Shown piece after piece: positions 55,620 to 64,000 of a DNA stretch of 64,000 nt; the stretch's first letter is position 1; each line of letters opens with the position of its first letter. A program made the position numbers and the translations under genes. The stretch is from Octopus sinensis (taxonomy: Eukaryota). The DNA is taken from positions 77,066,001-77,130,000 of the forward strand of contig NC_043006.1 of NCBI RefSeq assembly GCF_006345805.1, written 5' to 3'. Under the pieces are notes generated by a model. That model worked only from the letters and a program-made list of their open reading frames with translations. It was not told the origin of the DNA and did no database searches.

Positions 55620-55768
55620 CAAAACAAGCTTTCTAACCAAATGCTTCTGATTTCAGTTCCACTGCGTAGCAAGTGTCTTCTACTATAAACTTGTGAATAT
55701 AGCCTTAAGAGTAGATCTGGTAGACGGGAACTGAAAGGAACCCGTTGTGTGTGTATATATATATATAT

Positions 55769-55835
<67 letters not shown>

Positions 55836-56065
55836 CGTATGTTTTGTGTCTGTGTTTGTCCCCCTCAACATCTCTTGACAACCGGTGTTGGTGTGATTAC
55901 GTCTCTGTAACCTAGCAGTTCGGCAAAAGAAACCGACAGAACAAGTATAAGCTTACAAACAATAAGAACTGGTGTCGATTTTGTCGACTAAGCCCCTTTA
56001 AAGTAGTGCCCCAGCATGGCCGCGGTCAAACGCTGAAATGTGTAAGCGAGTAAAAGAGTAAGACA
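55620..56065 (+). mobile_element. SINE family 1, diverged
   Basis: Both halves recognisable around internal (TA)n. Confidence 0.8.
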
Positions 56066-56105
56066 GATTATCAAGTCTCAAACACCTGTTATCATTTCTC
56101 TGCAG

Positions 56106-56164
56106 GATAACGCAAATCTTGAGCGAAGCAATATCCTGAACTACAACTCAAGTGGGAGATTTGG
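56106..56164 (+). other. Candidate 59-nt internal exon
   Basis: tcatttctctgcAG acceptor, GG/GTAAGA donor, one open frame DNANLERSNILNYNSSGRF; no homology recognised. Confidence 0.3.
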
Positions 56165-56524
56165 GTAAGACCACTTGAGCGAAATATTAACACTGCGCAA
56201 AATGAAATAACATGAGAGACTAAAATGGATTAGTTACACCCTATATGCGTTATGTCAGCACAAGAATATACTGACGGACTTTCTCATAGTTTTTTCTATT
56301 CAGTTTAACTGATACGTGTTGTATTAAAACTTGGCGTATCTTGAATACACTTGTCGATGTGCAAACGGGTTAAAATGTCGAAGCAATTTTACTATATTAA
56401 CGGCAGTATCGTCAAAATAGATTATCCCAATCAAAATATTATACAGAATAAACAGATAGCAAGATAATATGAATCCTTTTTGAACAATACCCAGTAAGAA
56501 TATTTTTAAAACATACGCATAAAT

Positions 56525-56750
56525 ATTGATTTCATATTTTGGAACGGGTCCAGCAATTTAGAGTGAGGGGTTAGATCGATTATATAGACCCCGGCGTCAA
56601 ATGGTAATCATTTTATCGACACTGGATGGACAAAATACATTAAATGAAAAAAAAAATTAATTCAGTGCAATTTCAGCAGAACGTAACGTTGGACAGGATA
56701 TTGCTAAACATTTCTCCCGGTGTGCTAACGATTCTACCAGCTCACCTTAA
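56525..56750 (-). mobile_element. Degenerate family-2 SINE
   Basis: gtgctaacgattctaccagctc head plus decayed core. Confidence 0.65.
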
Positions 56751-58485
56751 ACATAAGCGTCTAAATATTAATATATATGTATACATGTTTATATATACAT
56801 ACTAGTATGCATGCCTATGTGTATACGCACACACACACACACACACACAAAACAATTTCCAAAATGTTTCGTGCACAAGTAATTTATCTTTAATACTGAA
56901 GTAGCATAATATTATAAAATAATGAATAGAAATACAAGTAAAAGGAAAAAAAAATGTAGTTAATCTTACACTGAGAGAATATTTTTTCCAAGTACATGAA
57001 GTGATTTAACACAAAATAAAATGTGACAAAATTGTTACAAAAAGTGTCAGCACCTGTATCAGAAAAAATAAGCAAATTATTTTAAATCTCTGAACCTGTC
57101 ATATACTTTGATAGATGGACGAAGTCGAAAGAATCTTGAAAATAAAGCAAGAGGTACAAAACCTATATAAAGAAATATTTAGAATAAGAGCAGTTTCTTG
57201 ATGGAATGTCTAATTCGGTCAGTACTCTTAGATATCTTTGATAAAACATGAAGAATTATTTATCATTCTATCTGACAGGAAGCGCAAATAATTTATATAC
57301 GGTTTGAGAATTGCACGCGTGTAGACAGAGTTAAGCGCAAAGATACACACAAACACATATTCACACACACACACACACTCACACAAGTACATATACACAC
57401 GCATCACACAAGCATACTCACCCACTTGCATATATACACACACACATATACAGAGATATGCATCAATACAAATATGACAAATAATAACGATATGCAAAAC
57501 GTAGGAAGATTATTGACCGAGCCTAATAGAAAAATATTATTCACATACATACGGGTGCATTTGTATATATGTCTGTATGCGTGCGTGTGTGTGTGTATGT
57601 GCACGCGTTGGTTTGTATTTCTGTATATGTATCCTGCTGGGCTATGTCTGTGAAAAATACATAAAAACGGATTAAATATTACTGTGATAGAGATTTATAT
57701 TTAGAATGGCTTTATGCCTCATGATGCTCGTCAAGTTCATTGAAAGCGCTTCCCATAGCATCATCTCTCCTGTTACTATTACAACTAATATTGCTATCAT
57801 TACAACTTTTCCCAGCATGAAGTTATCTATTAACACTATTTATAATTATTTCTCTCGAAGGTGGGGTTTTGCATGGTGCCATTTAGTACACTCTATATCG
57901 AAATACTTGGCGTAGTCGAATCAACGATGAAGTGTCAAAATGCTCATCTGATGTGCTAGAAATGTAGCTATCTCGCACAAAACTTTGATCATAGTCTTTT
58001 CAAATTAAAGCTTAGGTCATTGAGCAGATCTTTAAGAATAGCCGGGCAGAAATTGAAAAGTTGAATGATGACAAAATTATCTGGAAATGAACATAATATT
58101 TTTATTAATACGTGCTTCCATTCCGTGTTCATTCACGTATCAATATTCAAGTCTCATTCAATTGCACCGAACGGATTTCTAAGTCACATAACAGTAATTG
58201 CAACCTCACCTAAGCACATTTTCTCTGACACACATTCACACACATACGCGCACGCACATATGCAATTGAATAATGAATCGTCTATAAAGTTTGTGTTTTA
58301 CTGCATCTGTTATTTTTCTAAATATGTTGCCTTCAACTACCGTTTTAGCCCGTCTGTTACGTACATGGAAATTAATTCCCTAAATGTATATCAAAATGTA
58401 ATAAGGTATTGGAGTTTAGCGACGTACTCATAACTGAGCGCTTGAATATTGTAAATATATGCTGTGATGTCTACACATCATCAAT

Positions 58486-58564
<79 letters not shown>

Positions 58565-58569
58565 CTATA

Positions 58570-58611
<42 letters not shown>

Positions 58612-58688
58612 CATACATATATATTGATAAAAATGGTAAGTCAACAAAAGAATGAAAGGGATCTCCATATTATGGAAATAGAGGAATT

Positions 58689-58969
58689 TATCTGTAAATG
58701 TAATATGTGACAATTATTCGGTACCCTTGATAAAACTCCAAGTTTCAGATGCCGAAGTAGAAATCCACGCCGCCATCTCTTCAGTTATCCGGCCATCGGA
58801 AAAATACTATGAAAAATGACCGTTATACAAAGGGAAATTACTGTGTTAAAATAGTATTTTTCCGATGGCTGGATAACTGTAGATATGACGGCATGGATTT
58901 CCACCTCAGCATCCGAAACTCAGAGTTTTATCATGGCTACCGAATAATTGTCACATATTACATTTACAG

Positions 58970-58972
<3 letters not shown>
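58689..58972. repeat. Long inverted repeat (122-bp arms, 40-bp spacer), each arm with an HHR-like motif; PLE-pLTR derived
   Basis: Arms 58689-58810 and 58851-58972, 13 mismatches by manual alignment; HHR motifs at 58729-58789 (-) and 58872-58932 (+). Confidence 0.93.
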
Positions 58973-59052
<80 letters not shown>

Positions 59053-60799
59053 ATTTATAGAGAGAGAGAGAGAAAAAAAGTGAAAGAGAGAAGTGCATAC
59101 ATATATAATTACTGTATCTGGTGAAAGATAAATATTATCTAATAGACACAATGCATATGTTTATATGCTGCTGCTACTTTCATGTGCTGAGAACATACAA
59201 AGCAATGTTTTATAACACGTTTGATATCTCGGCACAATCATCATATACAGCCCAGATGGCATATCGAATTCAAAACTGAATGATAGAAGAAACGAGAAAG
59301 AAGTACATATAAAATGTGGAAGGTTATAAAACCGGAAAACGAAAAAGTAATCTGAAAGAAGCAAAAGTGTTTATGGTAAAATTAATGAGATGTAGGAAAA
59401 GCTTCCCAAGTCTTCAATAGGAACTTAGGCATATATATGTATGCATGTGTATGTGTGTGTGCCTCTGTGTGCGTGCAGCTATGTGTGTATGTACGCAGGT
59501 ATTAGACCCGTTCATGAAATGACAGCCAACATCATTCAGGAAAGCGAGAAGATATAATGTGGGGAGGTAAGGAGTGACCAAACTGTTGCTACTGCTACAG
59601 CTGTTGGTGTTGCTTAATCTCTGGTTAGTTCAGAAGAAAGTGACCTATGATAGAAGATTTCAAACTGTGAGCATTCTGCCTTTTCAACTAAATAGTCGGC
59701 ATACATTATCCAAAATATCCTCCTTTTATGTCTTTGTGTACTTAATATTTTGATGTGTAGTTTATGCAGATTTTAGCTGTTATTTTTTCAGGTCAACCTA
59801 ACACATAGAAAAGCTTTCGTTGGCTTCCAATGAAAAAAAAGGCTGTATGCGTGGGTGAGTTAACTGCATTATCTGCAATGGCGAAAACCATAATATATAA
59901 TCGAAATGGAAGTAAGTTCGCATAGCAATTAAAAATATATGAAGATCGCCCGACGGTTGACCCTGAAACCGTATTGGAAACATTAGAGGGTTTCTTTTAA
60001 ATGTAATGCTAAAATATTCCCCTTTAGTTTATATTCCTTAACAACAAATATCTCTGTTACTATTTCTTCTTCCAAGTTTTGTATTCTTTTTTTAATGAAA
60101 GATCTCATCTCATCATATCACTGCAACAACTGTTATCTTTCCTACCAACTCATCTTCAATTACCGGCATCCGTTTATCTAGCAATTCATTATAACCAACA
60201 AACAACAAAACAAAGTAATTCTTGGCATTTATTATTTCGTTTTATCAAAGATAAGTGCGGTGAAGTGAATTATAGTTAGGCTGCTGGCAAGGTAAGCTGA
60301 ATTACACGACCCCATTGTATATATGGGTTGAAACCATTTCATATTCATCGGCATAAATACGCAAATTATCAGGTTTTTCTTTTAATCTCTGGAAACAGAA
60401 CAACAAGAAAAGGCTTAAAAAAGAATGATGCTCTCTTTTGTTGAAGAACTTACGTTTATTTATTATTCACATTATTTTTATTTACATTAAAACGTCTATA
60501 CACATATCAGTTGCGAACAGACACACAGATAAGCACAAACTCTTATACAGAAATACATACACATGTAATCACTACTGGCGATAGGATTATCAAATTATAA
60601 ATTAAAGGTAACACCAGGAATTTTACTGATGAAATGACTCAATAGTTCTGGAAACGGTGGTTTTATTAAGCATATTTTGATGGCTGGGAATATAGATTTT
60701 ATCACTCGGGGCTAACATTTATATATAACCAAAGTTGTTGCTTAAAACTAGGTTGAAAGCTATTAGTGGAGGATTTTGAATTTGATATACAATATTATT

Positions 60800-61950
60800 A
60801 AAATGTTAAGACCTCGAAATAAACCCTTATACTTGTGGTGAGGCATGTCCTGTGGTTAGTATTCCTTAATCTGCCATCTTGTAGTATTGTTATTGTACTT
60901 CCAGCATCTATAATTCATCAAGATGTTCTTATTAAATATCTTGAGGAATTGCTATTAACTGCAACGTATCTGCTGATTGTCACTCAAAAAAATTTCTAGC
61001 TAGATTATAAACTGCAGTTTTACTTAGAGGCCACTTAATTCAGATAATATTATCTCTGAGTTTTCTCTGAGGTTTCTGAGTTGCTCGATAGTAGCTGAGC
61101 TGTCGATCATTTCCTTAAGCCCTCTTTCATTTTAGTACGTCATGATAGCAGTTGGCAAGTTTATTAAACGTCATAGGAAATATTAGTTATTCCAATGGTT
61201 TCGTTGCAAAATGAATTAGTTTCCGATATTGGGAGATTGATTGCATTTGCCAATGTCTTGGTTTAATGTTATATGTTGGAAGATAACTGTACTGATATTA
61301 AGAATGGTTGTAATCTTAGGTCAGATACATAAGACCTGCTAAATACTTATTTCCTGCAACTATGTAGCGTGGATCCAGTTGCCCGATGCAAAACTAGCAA
61401 ATTAGTTCTGTCAGAACAATTCCAAGTCTAAGGCCTTTCAATTTAGTTCATAAAGCAATAATGATGCAAATTTGTAACGGATCATATACGGTAAGTCCCT
61501 TGTAATATATATTGATCCAACATCAAAAACGCTAGCCACTTTCCAATCTTCGGAAACTATCATTGAATATCTTGAATGTCCCTGTGTGTGAGATTATGTC
61601 CAATAATTACTAGTGAAGTAAATGTATTTTCTTCAACGGACTCACTCCTTGTTCAAAGAAGATATTAACATCAGCGGATAAAGTTTCAGAATGTCGGATC
61701 GAATGAATCAGTTGCAATAGTATGGTCTCAATTTTCAGGAGCTTTGCTGTTATTCAATCGACATTGTTTAAAACATAGTTTCTACCTTTTATATATATTT
61801 TTTTTTTTCGATGGGATTTTGAATTTGATTGCGAAGTAGAGTTCATTTTCAGTAGAATTATGAAACTGCTTTTATGTTTTACAAAACATTGTTGTTGTCA
61901 AAGATATTCAGGATGACATCCTCCTCTTATTGAGGTTTATTATTCTATAA
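60800..61950 (-). mobile_element. Very old PLE reverse transcriptase relic
   Basis: Minus strand KLRP...DPT..KL then FDVGSIY (cf. LRPI....PTY.L and FDV.SLY); many disruptions; boundaries approximate. Confidence 0.4.
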
Positions 61951-62025
61951 TCTTGTTTTATTTTACTACTATAAAATTTTATTGGCTTTACACACACACA
62001 CACACATACACACACACATACACAC

Positions 62026-62079
<54 letters not shown>

Positions 62080-63224
62080 TCCGACGAACGAGAACGTGAA
62101 ACGCAGCCCAGCAGTTTTTATGTATGCATGTATGTATCTATGTATGTATTACACTGTCATATTTTTCAGTATGCTTGCGTTGTATTCTTACCGTTGATAT
62201 ATGATATTTCTAAATTCGTATATTCGTATATTCTTCAACTGATAATGACAGTCGATATTTATGCAGTGCGAATAAAACTGTTTAATAACCTTAATTATGT
62301 GGTTAATGAGTTCCATAATCTAAACCAAAATTCAGTTGTCAAAGCAGATAAAATTTTTGTGGTATGGTTCATTAACACACAAATACCCATCCAATATTTT
62401 CCATTAGCCGCTTCGTTTCATATGTATTAGAGAATGTTGAGATATACTGAATGGAATATAAAAATGTATATTGTATGAAAGATGTGTTTTGTTCCATATA
62501 TAACAAATCTTTTCGGTCGTCAAATATGCTGAAATTTATAGAAGTATGCACCATATCTATACATTCACATATATACGCCCCACTCCTGTATTATATATTT
62601 GCGTGTGGGTGTGTGAATGTGAATAAATGTATATGTGTGTGTGTGCGCGCGTGTGTGTGTATATTCGCTTATATTCATATATTTCTCCCTCTCTCTCTCT
62701 CCCTACATACACATATATGTGCGTGTGTGTGTTTGTATATAAGCGTATGTGTTCCATGCGTATACACGCGCATAGACTCTATCACACAAACACACACGTG
62801 CAGACATATACATATATATATATACATATATATATATTATATATATATATATAATATATATATATATATAAATTATATATATATATATACATATATATTA
62901 TATCTATATGCATATTATATATATATATCATATATATATTATGTATATTATACATATATATATTTATATATATGTATATATATATATATATGTATATATA
63001 TATACATATATATATATATACAATATATATATATATATATATATAGATAAGAAAGTTTGTTTGGTAAAGCACGTGGGTGAATATATAAGAAAATAGTAAA
63101 GTGTGAAAAAACGACAGAAGGCTTAAATGTTAAAAAATATATATATTTGTGTCAAAATGTCTGGAGAATATTGGAAAAATTTTTTTTTCCTTTCCTTAAA
63201 ATGACATAATTTAAAAAATTTTTT

Positions 63225-63264
63225 AAGAAATTACCGGTTTCGCGTGTAGCTTTTCAAATTTCTT
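63225..63264 (-). ncRNA. Minimal type I hammerhead ribozyme with U3-A8 core
   Basis: AAGAAAU UUGAAAA GC-UACAC-GC GAAA CCGG UA AUUUCUU: 7-bp stem I, 2-bp stem II, palindromic ACCGGU stem III. Confidence 0.85.
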
Positions 63265-63303
63265 GTGACGTTATGTTTATATTGCATGGAATTATCGTTG
63301 TTT

Positions 63304-63999
63304 TTATTTCCAGGAGATTTCTAAATAAGGGGAGGTAGTGAGTGATTTTTTCCGGTGTAGGGGAGATAATCGCTTAAAATTTTTTTTTCCTTTTTCCTTG
63401 TTAATTCTCTGTGTCAGTATGTTCGGATGGTTGAGTCTGGGTTTGTACTTTTCAATGAAGAATGTTTCCTTGTTCAGTCTCATTTGTGTTGATGATCCGA
63501 AAGCACATTGGTAAAATGGGAAGATTAAAAATTGTGGCAGTAGTTGCTTTGCGCATTTCTCAATGTGCTCACTAAAAGGTATCATTCTATATTCTGGGAA
63601 TGCAATCTGTTGTCGATGCAGTGTGCATCTGCGCCTGAGTGATAGTCCCGTGGAACCCACGTAGTCTTGGTGGCAGCCCGAGCATTTAATAACATAAATT
63701 ATGTTTTCAGAGGCACAAGTAAAGTTAGATTTGATCTTAAATTTCTGTCCCTCTTTAAAGAAGAATTCTGATCCTTCCAATAGGTTAGGACATGTTGCAC
63801 AGTTCGATCTACCACATTTTTTTACTTTTGCATCCGTAATTTTAGAAGACAATTTTGCCTTTGTGAGAATCTTTTTAAGTGATTTAGGCTGTTTGTAGCT
63901 TTTAATGATTTGGTGTATGTTTAGAATTTCCTTTAATTTTGGGTTTTTATGAAGTATTGGTAAATTCTGGGTGATGATGGTGAAGAAAAGTTCAACACA
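63304..63999 (-). CDS. PLE polyprotein C-terminus: Cys-rich linker + GIY-YIG endonuclease (5'-partial)
   Basis: Frame open from the window edge: ...YKQPKSLKKILTKAK..CGRSNCATC...FTCASENIIYVIKCSGCHQDYVGST...R...H...H..C...RLNKETFFI..YKPRLN. Confidence 0.92.
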   Translation of the reverse strand, partial: CVELFFTIITQNLPILHKNPKLKEILNIHQIIKSYKQPKSLKKILTKAKLSSKITDAKVKKCGRSNCATCPNLLEGSEFFFKEGQKFKIKSNFTCASENIIYVIKCSGCHQDYVGSTGLSLRRRCTLHRQQIAFPEYRMIPFSEHIEKCAKQLLPQFLIFPFYQCAFGSSTQMRLNKETFFIEKYKPRLNHPNILTQRINKEKGKKNFKRLSPLHRKKSLTTSPYLEISWK

Positions 64000-64000
64000 A

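Larger units (their letters stand above)
63047..64000 (-). mobile_element. Young PLE (Neptune-like), 3' part; continues beyond the window
   Basis: Open GIY-YIG ORF, HHR in 3' pLTR, ends in (TA)n. Confidence 0.93.

Noticed and set aside
59585-59795. Very old SINE-like fragment (similar decayed motif near 34990-35150)
   Set aside because: Too diverged to delimit or classify reliably.

Overview
Eukaryotic, strongly AT-rich, repeat-dominated DNA with the SINE and microsatellite landscape typical of coleoid cephalopods (Octopus-like; inferred from repeat families, not proven). No intact host gene is visible, and almost all ORF-track entries are translations of (TA)n/(CA)n/(TATC)n microsatellites or SINEs. 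Real content: (1) several dozen tRNA-derived SINE copies from about 5 families that swap head/core/tail modules and sometimes nest in each other; (2) Penelope-like retroelement (PLE) pieces from several lineages, including an uninterrupted GIY-YIG ORF running off the right edge, with minimal hammerhead-ribozyme (HHR) motifs in their pseudo-LTRs; (3) decayed DD37D Tc1/mariner, hAT, RTE and CR1-group relics; (4) a 120-bp 28S rRNA retrocopy. Most notable: a minimal HHR with a U3-A8 covariant core (63225-63264), a non-coding palindrome carrying two outward-facing HHRs (58689-58972), a 28S fragment ending near the protostome hidden break, and repeated self-nesting of one SINE subfamily at GGTAT sites with long duplications. 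Family names come from recalled motifs; no database search was run.
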